Shown here: piece after piece, positions 1 to 9,219 of the stretch
Position numbering within the stretch: the first letter of the stretch is position 1
Layout: every line of letters begins with the position of its first letter
Assembly (NCBI GenBank): GCA_965198945.1
Contig: CBDAQI010000012.1
Location: 64,001-128,000, forward strand
Direction of reading: 5' to 3'
Length of the DNA stretch: 64,000 bases
Origin: Thermodesulfobacteriota bacterium
GTDB lineage: Bacteria > Desulfobacterota_D > UBA1144 > Nemesobacterales > Mycalebacteriaceae
Notes under the pieces: model-generated
Seen by the model: the letters and a program-made list of their open reading frames with translations, nothing else
The model's database searches: none
What the model was told of the DNA's origin: nothing
Position numbers and translations under genes: made by a program

Positions 1-1049
1 CCGGGCTCAAAAACCGGAAGTTCACCGGCCCATCCTTCCGGCAGTCTGTTCTCGCAAATTGAGCGGAACTCCGAAGCCGGAACGGGATACGTTTTTGCGT
101 ATTTTTCAAAAAGCGTTTTCCATTCCCGCTCAAGTCTTTCCCCTTTTTTCAGGACCGAGGCTCTGTATTCGGAAACTTCTTGAGGAATCTGGAAATCTTT
201 TCCGGGATCAAGCCCGTAGAATTTTTTCGCCATTGCAGCCTCTTCTTTTCCCAGAGGAGCTCCATGCGCTTCGGGTGTGTTTTCCTTGCCGGGGCTTCCG
301 AAACCTATCCTGCTTTTGATTGAGATAAGTGAAGGCAGGCTGCTTTTTGAAGCTTTGGTGAGAGATTTTTCCAGGGCCGCAAAGTCGTTAGCGTCTGAAA
401 CACGAAAAATATCCCATCCGTAAGACGCAAACCTGTCCGTCACATTTTCCGAAAATGAAATTTCCGTTTCGCCGTCAATGGTTATGCCGTTGTCATCGTA
501 TATCCAGACGAGGTTGTCAAGCTGCAGGTGTCCCGCAAGCGAAGCGGCCTCCGAAGTGATTCCCTCCATCATATCGCCGTCACTGAGAATGGAAAAAACG
601 TTGTATCCGGCTATTTCAAAGCCAGGTTTATTGAAGCGGTTTGATAGCCATTTGCCCGCGGATGCCATCCCCACCGAAGTTGCCGCGCCCTGACCAAGCG
701 GCCCCGTTGTCGTTTCAATGCCGGGTATGAGACCGTATTCGGGATGCCCCGCGCATTTTCCTCCAAGACGCCTGAATTTTTTAATGTCCGTGACAGAGAC
801 TTCGTAGCCCGATATGTGGAGGATTGAATACAGAAGCATTGAGGCGTGCCCGGCGGACAGCACAAAACGGTCACGCGCCGGCCAGAGGGGATTTGAGGGA
901 TTGTGCCTTATGAATCCGTCCCAAAGTTTGAAGGCGATGGGAGCAAGCGCCATCGGTGTGCCGGGGTGGCCCGACCGGGCTTTTTCAACAGCGTCAATTG
1001 AAAGACCTCTGGCACAATTGACGATTTTCATTGTTTCAGCTGTTTTCAT
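1..1049 (-). CDS. tkt: Transketolase, 5' part (runs off the left end of the window)
   Basis: Manual translation from ATG at 1049: MKTAETMKIVNCARGLSIDAVEKARSGHPGTPMALAP...RDRFVLSAGHASMLLYS...GHPEYG...TTTGPLGQG...DGDMMEG...YDDNGITIDG. Absent from the ORF track because its stop lies outside the window. Confidence 0.96.
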   Translation of the reverse strand, partial: MKTAETMKIVNCARGLSIDAVEKARSGHPGTPMALAPIAFKLWDGFIRHNPSNPLWPARDRFVLSAGHASMLLYSILHISGYEVSVTDIKKFRRLGGKCAGHPEYGLIPGIETTTGPLGQGAATSVGMASAGKWLSNRFNKPGFEIAGYNVFSILSDGDMMEGITSEAASLAGHLQLDNLVWIYDDNGITIDGETEISFSENVTDRFASYGWDIFRVSDANDFAALEKSLTKASKSSLPSLISIKSRIGFGSPGKENTPEAHGAPLGKEEAAMAKKFYGLDPGKDFQIPQEVSEYRASVLKKGERLEREWKTLFEKYAKTYPVPASEFRSICENRLPEGWAGELPVFEP

Positions 1050-1215
1050 TCATAAGTGTCCGGAGCTCAAATTGGGCAAATCATATATCAAATATCTACT
1101 CGTGAACAGACAAGAATTTTTCTTGTTTTTTAAGATTCCTATGCTAACATAAGACGATTATAAAATACGAATTACTAACTCTTGCCGAACTAAGTCATAA
1201 TACAGGGAGAGAGGG

Positions 1216-2673
1216 ATGAGCGCTGAAATGAAAAATTTGCCAAACTCATTTGACAGAGAATATTCTTTTAACTGGCCGATTTTTCCGAAAGACGAGACTG
1301 AAAGTGAGCTCAGGATAACTGAAGTCGCAATGAGGGAAGGAGCGGACGGGTTTCCCGAATCCGAATCCTCGGTTCTTTCAACCACGGAAAATGAAATAGT
1401 AGGCAGAATAAGAAGATTCTACGTTTCGGTTCTTGAGATTCTCTCAAACAAATTTATTCAGCTTGGTGAGGAAACTGCAAATATAAAAATCTTTCTGGAA
1501 AGGTTTGATTTGACACAAATTCCGGTCCAGCTTAAGGGGAAAATTGAAAGAGAAGTAATCGATGCGAATGTGACTATTAGCGGCCTTGCCTCCCAGGCCA
1601 GGATTGCCAGGGAGAATCTGGAGATTTTCAAACGCGAAAACGGTCTGGAGAGAGAGCCGATTTATTCGGATTCGTGGAGGCATATCTGGGGGCCTTTCGT
1701 CATTGTTTTCCTGTTTGTTTTTGAGGTCATATTGAACGGGGCCCTTGTCAGCGGAGTGGTTGACGGCCTCATTGGCGGAGTCGCAATTTCCATCACGGTT
1801 GCGACCATCAATGTTGTTCTTTCAGTTCTTGTCGGGAAAAATCTTTTCCCGCAGTTAAACAAAGTTCAAACCCTGGCGCGGAAATTGGGAGTGACATTAG
1901 TTTGCTTTCTATACGGGCTTTCCATCATTTACCTGAACCTTGTTTTCGGGGTGTTCAGGAGTAGCGTTCTTGAGTTGAGAAACGTAAGGTCGTGGGAGGA
2001 TGCGGGAACCGCACAAACTGTGGTGAGCGCTTTGAAACCGTGGGAAGGTCTGCCCACATTGACGGATATTCCGTCACTTTTTGTGATTGGCGTGGGGATA
2101 ACCTTTGCCATTATAGCGGCGCTTGACGGATACAGACTGGACGACCCGTACCCCGGATTCGGAGATGTTCACAGAAAGTTCACCGAAGCGGTAAAACCGT
2201 TTGAAGAGGCAAAGAAACAACTGACCGATAAAGTCCTTAAAATTATTGACGAATCCTCCGTTTTGATGGAAAACAGAATAACGGAGTTTGAATCAAAACT
2301 GGCGCGCTGGGGAACCATAGAGAACATGGCAAGGCAGCAGTTTTCAAGTTATGTGGTTTGGATAAGCCAACTGGAGCTGGATGCGAATAAATTTCTTAAC
2401 GATTACAGGGCCGCAAACATCAAAGGCAGACACTCGGTCTACAGCACAAAAAAGTCTCCGGATTATTTTGAAATGAAATGGACTTTCTCTGAGCAGGAAA
2501 AAGATCCTTCAAAAACTTTCTCTCATTTGACATATCTGCTCAATAACGGCACTGAAGCTTTTGAAAATAAAATCATTCAGACACAGCAGGAAATGATTTC
2601 CATCCGAGATGAGAGTTTTGAGAATCTGCGCAGATTCTTGCAGGCGGCTGATGAAAAATTTGAGAAAAGTTAA
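1216..2673 (+). CDS. Uncharacterised membrane protein: N-terminal coiled-coil, 4 TM helices, C-terminal helical/coiled-coil region (485 aa)
   Basis: Long ORF with purine-rich RBS (GGGAGAGAGGG). Hydrophobic segments FVIVFLFVFEVILNGALV, LIGGVAISITVATINVVLSVLVG, VTLVCFLYGLSIIYLNLVFGVF and LFVIGVGITFAIIAALDGY are flanked by charged helical regions. Confidence 0.8.
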   Translation: MSAEMKNLPNSFDREYSFNWPIFPKDETESELRITEVAMREGADGFPESESSVLSTTENEIVGRIRRFYVSVLEILSNKFIQLGEETANIKIFLERFDLTQIPVQLKGKIEREVIDANVTISGLASQARIARENLEIFKRENGLEREPIYSDSWRHIWGPFVIVFLFVFEVILNGALVSGVVDGLIGGVAISITVATINVVLSVLVGKNLFPQLNKVQTLARKLGVTLVCFLYGLSIIYLNLVFGVFRSSVLELRNVRSWEDAGTAQTVVSALKPWEGLPTLTDIPSLFVIGVGITFAIIAALDGYRLDDPYPGFGDVHRKFTEAVKPFEEAKKQLTDKVLKIIDESSVLMENRITEFESKLARWGTIENMARQQFSSYVVWISQLELDANKFLNDYRAANIKGRHSVYSTKKSPDYFEMKWTFSEQEKDPSKTFSHLTYLLNNGTEAFENKIIQTQQEMISIRDESFENLRRFLQAADEKFEKS

Positions 2674-2694
2674 CATGCTGTCCAAGGGGACGGA

Positions 2695-3630
2695 ATGAAA
2701 AAGATATTAATATTTTCTTTCATATTTCTATGCGCTTTGTCGCTTTCTGCGGGAGTTGCCACGGCTGAAGAACTGCCCGTATTGCCTGCGAGTGAAAGAG
2801 ATCCCAGAACCTTTTGTCCATATGAGCCCGGGTTTTCAGATGAGCATTTGCTGATTTTTGTTGATGTGACGGACGGGATATCGGAGCAGCAGTTGAGCCT
2901 GCTTAAAAATGATGTTCTTACAGACAAGCTTCTGGAAAATGTCGGTCTTTACGGAAAGGTGTCTCTTATGGTTATGGATGGCAATGAGCCTGTCACGAGC
3001 CTTGAGCCTCAACTTACAGTCTGCCGCCCCAAAAGCGGCAAAAAAACTTCCGCTGACGCAAGAGACCATTTTGATATTTTGACCGAAAACCGTCAGAGGC
3101 TTGAGCTTGAGTATCAGATTGGCTACCTGCGCAGGTTCAGAGAGAATTCTATTAAAATAATCAAAGAGAAGGCTGAAAAAACACACAGTAAAAGCGGATC
3201 AACTCCTCTTATGGAAGCCATTCATGAAATAGCTCGTTCTTCAGCAATAGGTTTTGGTGAAGATTACGACAAGAAAAAACTCATTATAGTTTCAAATATG
3301 TATCACAATTCCGTGAGTCTTCCTCTGGATAAAATTTGCGTGAAAAGAATCTACAGGCAAAGTTTTTCGTTTTACCGCTACAGAAGCGTCTGGAAGTGTC
3401 CTTCCTTCAAAGATATTAGAAAAAAGGGAGCGAACAAGTTTTATCTGGAGACAAAAATAAGACCCAAGTTCAAAGGTGAGACTGATATCAAGCTTTGGAT
3501 TCTTCACAGGCAGCAGGAGGCCGGCGGCATTAAGGATTCCTCGCTTCTCACTTTCTGGCAGGATTATTTTGATCATGTTCTGGGAGATGTAACTCTTCTT
3601 GAACCCGAATTTGAATCCGACCCGTCTTAA
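2695..3630 (+). CDS. Uncharacterised exported protein with vWA-like (degenerate MIDAS) fold (311 aa)
   Basis: Sec signal peptide MKKILIFSFIFLCALSLSAGVATA. vWA-like motifs LLIFVDVTD, STPLMEAIHEIA and KKLIIVSNMYHNS. Four Cys in the mature region. Confidence 0.65.
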   Translation: MKKILIFSFIFLCALSLSAGVATAEELPVLPASERDPRTFCPYEPGFSDEHLLIFVDVTDGISEQQLSLLKNDVLTDKLLENVGLYGKVSLMVMDGNEPVTSLEPQLTVCRPKSGKKTSADARDHFDILTENRQRLELEYQIGYLRRFRENSIKIIKEKAEKTHSKSGSTPLMEAIHEIARSSAIGFGEDYDKKKLIIVSNMYHNSVSLPLDKICVKRIYRQSFSFYRYRSVWKCPSFKDIRKKGANKFYLETKIRPKFKGETDIKLWILHRQQEAGGIKDSSLLTFWQDYFDHVLGDVTLLEPEFESDPS

Positions 3631-3646
3631 TATCCGGCTTTTTACC

Positions 3647-4366
3647 TTGTCACAAAAAATTAAAGCCGCATTGGTTACCGGTGCCGCCAAAAGAATCGGT
3701 GCGGGTGTTTGCGTTCATCTTGCCGGGATGGGGTATGATATTGCACTGCACTACCGGGATTCGTTGGAAGAAGCCCGGAAAACCGCCATGCTTGTGAAAG
3801 AGAAGGGAGTTCGTTGTGAATTGTTTCGCGCTGATATTTCCAAGCCTGCGAACGCCCGGAAGCTTGTGGAGAGAGCAAGCCGTAAATTTGGCGGTCTTTC
3901 CGTTCTTATAAACAACGCTTCGGTGTTTAAGGAATCCAAGTTCGGTGAAATAACCGAACCGATGCTTGAGGATGAAATGGCGATAAACTTCAAAGCGCCC
4001 TTCTTTGCGTCTCAAGAGTTTGCCCGGCAAAACCTCAGCGGTCTTATTGTGAACATGATTGATTCGCGTTTGATGAAAAACCACACTACGCATTTTGTCT
4101 ACAACATCAGCAAGAAGTGTCTTTATAGTTTCACTCTTGCCGCGGCAAAAGATCTTGGTCCCCGGATAAGGGTTAACGCCATTTGTCCGGGCCCGATTCT
4201 TCCCGCTGCTGATGCCGAGGAGAAAACTTTTAGAAAAATTGCCCGCCAAACCCCTTTGGGAAAAATCGGAGATGTGGCCTATATCAATATGGCCGTTGAG
4301 TATCTTGTGAAAAACTCATTTGTTACCGGTGAAACGCTTTTTGTTGACGGAGGGCAGCATCTTTGA
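3647..4366 (+). CDS. Pteridine reductase / FolM-like short-chain dehydrogenase
   Basis: ALVTGAAKRIG, LINNASVF, YNISK and IRVNAICPG motifs. Stop overlaps folB start. Probable TTG start at 3647, since the track start at 3599 overlaps the upstream gene. Confidence 0.88.
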   Translation: MSQKIKAALVTGAAKRIGAGVCVHLAGMGYDIALHYRDSLEEARKTAMLVKEKGVRCELFRADISKPANARKLVERASRKFGGLSVLINNASVFKESKFGEITEPMLEDEMAINFKAPFFASQEFARQNLSGLIVNMIDSRLMKNHTTHFVYNISKKCLYSFTLAAAKDLGPRIRVNAICPGPILPAADAEEKTFRKIARQTPLGKIGDVAYINMAVEYLVKNSFVTGETLFVDGGQHL

Positions 4367-4716
4367 CGGTAATTAAAATAGAAAACCTCAGGCTCAGAAC
4401 CATTATAGGAGTTTTTGAGTGGGAGAAAAAAAAACCTCAGGAGTTGGTTATAAACGTGGAAGTGGAGATTGACTGCCCCGACCCCGAAGCTATCGGCGAT
4501 GATATTTCCGGCACACTGGACTACAAGGGGCTTAACAAAAAAATCATCAATTTTATTGAGGGCGGAAAATTTTCCCTTCTGGAAACGGTTGCCGGGGAGA
4601 TAGCAAAAATGGCCCTGGCAGAAAAAAAAGCGCTGAAAGCAACCGTAAGGGTCAATAAACCCGCGGCTCTCAGATTTGCTGACTCGGTCTCCGTTACATA
4701 CACGGCCGGAAAATAA
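4363..4716 (+). CDS. folB: Dihydroneopterin aldolase (FolB/FolX family)
   Basis: IENLRLRTIIGVFEWEK..PQELVINV...LDYK...LLETVA...VRVNKPAAL. Confidence 0.9.
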   Translation: MTVIKIENLRLRTIIGVFEWEKKKPQELVINVEVEIDCPDPEAIGDDISGTLDYKGLNKKIINFIEGGKFSLLETVAGEIAKMALAEKKALKATVRVNKPAALRFADSVSVTYTAGK

Positions 4717-4737
4717 TACGGAAATAGGCGCACGGGT

Positions 4738-6531
4738 TTGAAACAGTCAAAGAACTATAAGGCAAAAGGCGTAAGATGGGATTTGTCAGACCTTTTCAGA
4801 GGTGTGGACGACCCGGAAATCGCCAAGTCTCTAAGCGGCTGCATTCGCCGGGCCCGTAATTTTGAGAAAAAGTATAAAAACAAGGTTTCGGGCGCAAAAC
4901 TCTCCGCAAAAGAGTTTCTTGTCATGCTCGGAAAACTTGAATCAATAAGCGAATCTCTTGCAAAAATTTCCTCATATGCCCAGCTTCTGCACGCTTCAAA
5001 CACTGACGACCCGAAGGCGGGAGCGCTTCTGCAGTATTTGAGTGAACGGCGCGCGGAGATAAACGGGCATCTGCTTTTTTTTGATATTGAGTGGGTAAAT
5101 ACTCCCGAAAAAAAGGCGCAAACCCTTCTGAAAAACAAAACGCTTGCTCCGTATCAGCATTTTTTGGAAACAAAATTTTCCTACAAACCCCATACGCTCA
5201 CCGAGAAGGAAGAGAAAGTTGTTATGGAGAAGTCCGTCACCGGAGCGGGCGCGTTCAAGAGGCTTTTTGACGAACTTATGGCGGATATGCGTTTTGAGGT
5301 TGATATGAGAGGCAAAAAACGCAGGCTCAACGAAACCGAGGTGCTTTCACTGCTTTACAGCGCCGACGGAAAAACAAGAAAGAATGCCGCCAAAGCCCTC
5401 ACGGAAGGGTTGCGTGACAGTTCAAAGGTTCTCACTTTTATCTTTAACACACTCGCCGCCGACCATTACCTGAATGACAGAATGAGGGATTACAAAAACC
5501 CGATATCTTCAAGAAATCTTCACAACGAAGTTGATGACGAGCTTGTTGAGAGGCTGCTTGAGGCGTGCGAGGCTCACTATGGGATTGTGAGACGCTATTA
5601 CAAATTCAAGAAAAAACTGCTGGGTCTGAAGACCTTCGCCGATTATGACAGATATGCCCCGGTCTCGGCGCTGCAAAAGAAAATCAGTTTTGACGAGGCG
5701 AAAGAAACCGTTCTCGGTTCCCTGAAAAAATTCTCATCCGAGATGGAAGAAACCGCACGGCTTTTTTTCGTTAAAAACTGGATAGAAGCCGAGTGCCGGA
5801 ACGGAAAATACGGCGGAGCTTTCAGCCACTCCACGGTCCCTTCCGCACATCCGTATATTTTGATGAACTATCAGGGCTCTCCGCGTGATGTTATGACGCT
5901 TGCCCACGAGCTCGGGCACGGCATTCACCAGTTTCTTTCAAGAAAAAACGGGTATTTCCAGAGCGACGCTCCCATCACGACTTCCGAAACCGCAAGCGTT
6001 TTTTCAGAGATGCTTGTTTTTCAAGAGATAAAAAACCGCTCCGGCAGAAAAGACAGGCTGGCTCTTCTTTGCGGAAAACTTGAAGAATCTTTTGCAACCG
6101 TTTTCCGCCAGACCGTGATGACAAGATTTGAGCAGTCTTTTCATGAAGCAAGACGTTCTGAGGGCGAACTCACCGCGGCGCGCATTGGTGAGTTATGGAC
6201 GAAGGCGAACCGCGCCATGTTCGGAAATTCGGTAAGTTTGACCGCTGACTACGGGCTCTGGTGGATGTATATACCCCACTTTATACATTCTCCTTTCTAC
6301 TGTTACTCATATTCTTTCGGGCAGATTCTGGTTTTCTCACTCTATGAAGAGTATATGCGCCGCGGAAGTGAATTTGTGTCGGGATATGTTGAACTGCTTT
6401 CTTCGGGGGGGAGCGGCAAACCTCAGGAGTTAATTAAAAAGACCGGTGTTGACATATCGGAGCCGGAGTTCTGGAGCCTGGGCTTCGGTCTGCTTGAAGA
6501 CTGGCTTGAGGAAGCGGTTTCACTTGCTTGA
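4738..6531 (+). CDS. pepF: M3 family oligoendopeptidase F
   Basis: WDLSDLF N-terminus, zinc motif TLAHELGHGIH, SETASVFSE, PHFIHSPFYCYSYSFG. Confidence 0.93.
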   Translation: MKQSKNYKAKGVRWDLSDLFRGVDDPEIAKSLSGCIRRARNFEKKYKNKVSGAKLSAKEFLVMLGKLESISESLAKISSYAQLLHASNTDDPKAGALLQYLSERRAEINGHLLFFDIEWVNTPEKKAQTLLKNKTLAPYQHFLETKFSYKPHTLTEKEEKVVMEKSVTGAGAFKRLFDELMADMRFEVDMRGKKRRLNETEVLSLLYSADGKTRKNAAKALTEGLRDSSKVLTFIFNTLAADHYLNDRMRDYKNPISSRNLHNEVDDELVERLLEACEAHYGIVRRYYKFKKKLLGLKTFADYDRYAPVSALQKKISFDEAKETVLGSLKKFSSEMEETARLFFVKNWIEAECRNGKYGGAFSHSTVPSAHPYILMNYQGSPRDVMTLAHELGHGIHQFLSRKNGYFQSDAPITTSETASVFSEMLVFQEIKNRSGRKDRLALLCGKLEESFATVFRQTVMTRFEQSFHEARRSEGELTAARIGELWTKANRAMFGNSVSLTADYGLWWMYIPHFIHSPFYCYSYSFGQILVFSLYEEYMRRGSEFVSGYVELLSSGGSGKPQELIKKTGVDISEPEFWSLGFGLLEDWLEEAVSLA

Positions 6532-6614
6532 AATGAACTGCTTTGCATTGAAACGGCGGGTCTCTGTGTTACTTTAATGAAGTTTTTGAGCGTCTTTGGT
6601 CTTTTGGGGTGTCA

Positions 6615-6743
6615 ATGGGATATTTTATAGCCTCGTGTGTTGTTACATGGCTGGCGCTTGGCTTCTATGTTCTTGTTCTTTTTTCAAAAAGCCGCCGCCT
6701 GCGTGAAAGTATTAACGAAGACGGAAATCCGACGAGGGACTGA
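6615..6743 (+). CDS. ccmD: CcmD-like small heme exporter protein (42 aa)
   Basis: Below the ORF-track length cutoff. MGYFIASCVVTWLALGFYVLVLFSKSRRLRESINEDGNPTRD is a single TM plus basic tail, immediately upstream of ccmE. Confidence 0.75.
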   Translation: MGYFIASCVVTWLALGFYVLVLFSKSRRLRESINEDGNPTRD

Positions 6744-6752
6744 AATTTCGGA

Positions 6753-7184
6753 TTGAGATTTGTCACAATGTTTTCTCCCGGTTTTAAGATTGCAGTTCCG
6801 GTGTTTGTGATTCTGCTTTCCGTCACTTATCTGGTTTATGACGGAGTCAGCGACACTATGGTTTATTACTTGACGGTTTCCGAACTCAAAGAAACCGCCT
6901 CTCCGGGTAAAAGATACAGGGTATCCGGGTCAGTCGCCGAAGGCAGTATTGTTAAGAAGCCGGGCGGCGAACTGACTTTTTCAATAAATGACAATGAAAA
7001 TGACAGTCTTTCTGTTTCATACAGAGGGACGGTTCCCGACACTTTCAGAGAAGGTGTTGAAGCCGTTGTCGAAGGGGTTTACCGGAATGCGGAAAATTTT
7101 AATGCGGATCTTCTTCTGGCAAAGTGTCCGACCAAATATGAGTCTGCGGCCGAAATTTATCCGGAGAGCGGCAAATCCAGATGA
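6753..7184 (+). CDS. ccmE: Cytochrome c maturation heme chaperone CcmE (CxxxY variant)
   Basis: N-terminal TM, VYYLTVSE, RVSGSV..GSI, Y.GTVPDTFREG..AVVEG, LLAKCPTKY. Alternative ATG start at 6768. Confidence 0.93.
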   Translation: MRFVTMFSPGFKIAVPVFVILLSVTYLVYDGVSDTMVYYLTVSELKETASPGKRYRVSGSVAEGSIVKKPGGELTFSINDNENDSLSVSYRGTVPDTFREGVEAVVEGVYRNAENFNADLLLAKCPTKYESAAEIYPESGKSR

Positions 7185-9121
7185 ATTTGCATGAGCTGGG
7201 TTCAGCCGCGATTTCCTTTTGTTTTTTTCTCTCTATTTATTCCCTTGTCTGCTCTTTCGCGGGAGGCGCACTGCGCAAATCCGCTCCGGTTAAAAGCGCT
7301 GAAAACGGCATTGTTGCCATTTTTTTTCTTCTGGTTATTGCAACGGCAATTCTGCTTTTTGAGCTGGTTTCTCTCAATTTTGAATTGAAATACGTTGCGA
7401 TGAACACAAGCTCCGACCTGCCGCTCATCTACCGTATTACGGCGCTCTGGGCCGGGCAGTCCGGCTCGCTGGTGCTCTGGTGCCTTATCCTTTCGGCTTA
7501 TTCCTCGGTATTTGTTCTGTATGCGCGCGCCGCCGAGGGGTGGTCTTTCAAACCATATGTTACGGGAGTTTTATCAGGCGTTTCGGCGTTTTTTATTTTC
7601 CTGATAGCTTTTATTGAAAACCCGTTTGAAACGCTTCCGTTTACTCCTAATGACGGAAGGGGGCTGAACCCCATACTTCAAAATCCCTATATGGCAATTC
7701 ATCCTTTGGCTCTTTATGTCGGCTATGTGGGTGTGACCGTTCCATATGCTCTTGGAATGGGGGCGCTTATGGGGGGGAAAGCGGATTCTTTCTGGGTTAA
7801 TCAGTCGCGCAGGTGGGCTCTTTTTTCGTGGGTGTTTCTCAGCCTGGGTTTGCTGCTCGGAGCAAGGTGGGCTTATCTGGAGCTTGGATGGGGAGGCTAC
7901 TGGGCCTGGGATCCGGTTGAAAACGCCGCTTTTATGCCCTGGCTTTCCGGCACCGCTTTTCTTCACTCAATTATGGTCCAAAAGCGAAGAAATATGTTTA
8001 TGAAATGGAACATCTGGCTGCTGTCAATCACATTTCTTCTTTCAATTTTTGGAACTTTCATAACCCGCAGCGGCATTGTTTCATCTGTTCATTCCTTTGC
8101 CCTTTCAGACATAGGCCCGATGTTCGCGGGTTTCCTTGCCTTTATGGCGGTTTTCTCGTCAGCCGTTTTTTTTCTCCAAAAAAAGAGTTTCGGTCGGGAA
8201 AGCGGATTTGATTCCGCGCTTTCAAGGGAGAGCGCTTTTGTTTTCAATAACGTCCTTTTTCTGGCTGCCGCTTTTGTGGTTTTCCTCGGAACCATTTTCC
8301 CCATTCTTTCGGAAGCCATAACGGGAGACCGTGTGCTTGTGGGCCCCCCTTATTTCAACCGTCTTAACGTTCCCATCGGTCTTGTTCTGATAGCGCTTAT
8401 GGGGGTGGGGCCTCTTCTGCCATGGCGTAAAGCCCCTTCGGCCGTTTTTTTGCGGGCATTCTCAGTTCCGATAGCCTGCGCTTTGCTGACGGTTGCGGTC
8501 CTTGTTGCCTACGGAATCAGAGAGGTGTCTGCGGTCGCCGCCTTTGCGCTGTGCGTTTTCTCATCCGTATCGGCTTTTTATGAGATTTACAAAGGGTTGA
8601 GAGTTTCAGGAATCAGGCGTTTTTTGTCTTCGGGTTCAAAAAGATACGGCGGCTATGTTGTTCACATAGGAGTTGCACTGATAGTCGCGGGTATTACGGC
8701 ATCATCCGTTTTTCCGGAAAAAAGCGAGGCTTCCCTTGTTCCGGGAGAAACATTTTCCGTCGGCGGTTACAAATTGAAATATGAGTCAATTGAGCGTCGT
8801 GTTACTCCGGCAAAAGAGGTTGTCTCCGCACGAATTGCGGTTTCAAGAGACGGGGAGACGCCGCGCATTCTCTTGGCTGAAAAAAACCTTTATATGTATA
8901 TGGGAAACAGAGAAATCAACCGGGAAACCGAGGTTGGTCTGCTGTCGTCCTGGAGAGATGATCTCTATGTTGTGCTTCTGGAGGCCGGTGAAGACGGTTC
9001 TGCCGTGATGACTGCGGTGCTCAATCCCATGGTCTCGTGGATATGGGCGGGCGGTTTTGTGGTTCTTTTCGGCGCTTTAATGGCTTTTTCCGGAATGCGC
9101 GGCGGGGAGAAATCCGGATGA
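7181..9121 (+). CDS. ccmF: Heme lyase CcmF
   Basis: WAGQSGSL, GLNPILQNPYMAIHP, WWD motif WGGYWAWDPVENAAFMPW, TRSGIVSSVHSFA. Confidence 0.96.
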   Translation: MNLHELGSAAISFCFFLSIYSLVCSFAGGALRKSAPVKSAENGIVAIFFLLVIATAILLFELVSLNFELKYVAMNTSSDLPLIYRITALWAGQSGSLVLWCLILSAYSSVFVLYARAAEGWSFKPYVTGVLSGVSAFFIFLIAFIENPFETLPFTPNDGRGLNPILQNPYMAIHPLALYVGYVGVTVPYALGMGALMGGKADSFWVNQSRRWALFSWVFLSLGLLLGARWAYLELGWGGYWAWDPVENAAFMPWLSGTAFLHSIMVQKRRNMFMKWNIWLLSITFLLSIFGTFITRSGIVSSVHSFALSDIGPMFAGFLAFMAVFSSAVFFLQKKSFGRESGFDSALSRESAFVFNNVLFLAAAFVVFLGTIFPILSEAITGDRVLVGPPYFNRLNVPIGLVLIALMGVGPLLPWRKAPSAVFLRAFSVPIACALLTVAVLVAYGIREVSAVAAFALCVFSSVSAFYEIYKGLRVSGIRRFLSSGSKRYGGYVVHIGVALIVAGITASSVFPEKSEASLVPGETFSVGGYKLKYESIERRVTPAKEVVSARIAVSRDGETPRILLAEKNLYMYMGNREINRETEVGLLSSWRDDLYVVLLEAGEDGSAVMTAVLNPMVSWIWAGGFVVLFGALMAFSGMRGGEKSG

Positions 9122-9210
9122 GTCTTGAAGATTTAATCATAGTTGTCGTTTCGCTTGCCGTTTCGCTTTTTGTGGTGCTTCCCTTTTTTATGCAAAACCG
9201 CGAGAAATAA
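9118..9210 (+). CDS. Small single-TM peptide (30 aa) inside the ccm operon
   Basis: ATGA overlap with the ccmF stop. MSLEDLIIVVVSLAVSLFVVLPFFMQNREK ends 9 nt before the next gene. Confidence 0.5.
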   Translation: MSLEDLIIVVVSLAVSLFVVLPFFMQNREK

Positions 9211-9219
9211 GAATAAAAA

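Noticed and set aside
59..1152. Several short ORFs in the first kilobase
   Set aside because: The region is occupied by minus-strand transketolase, which the track missed because its stop is outside the window.
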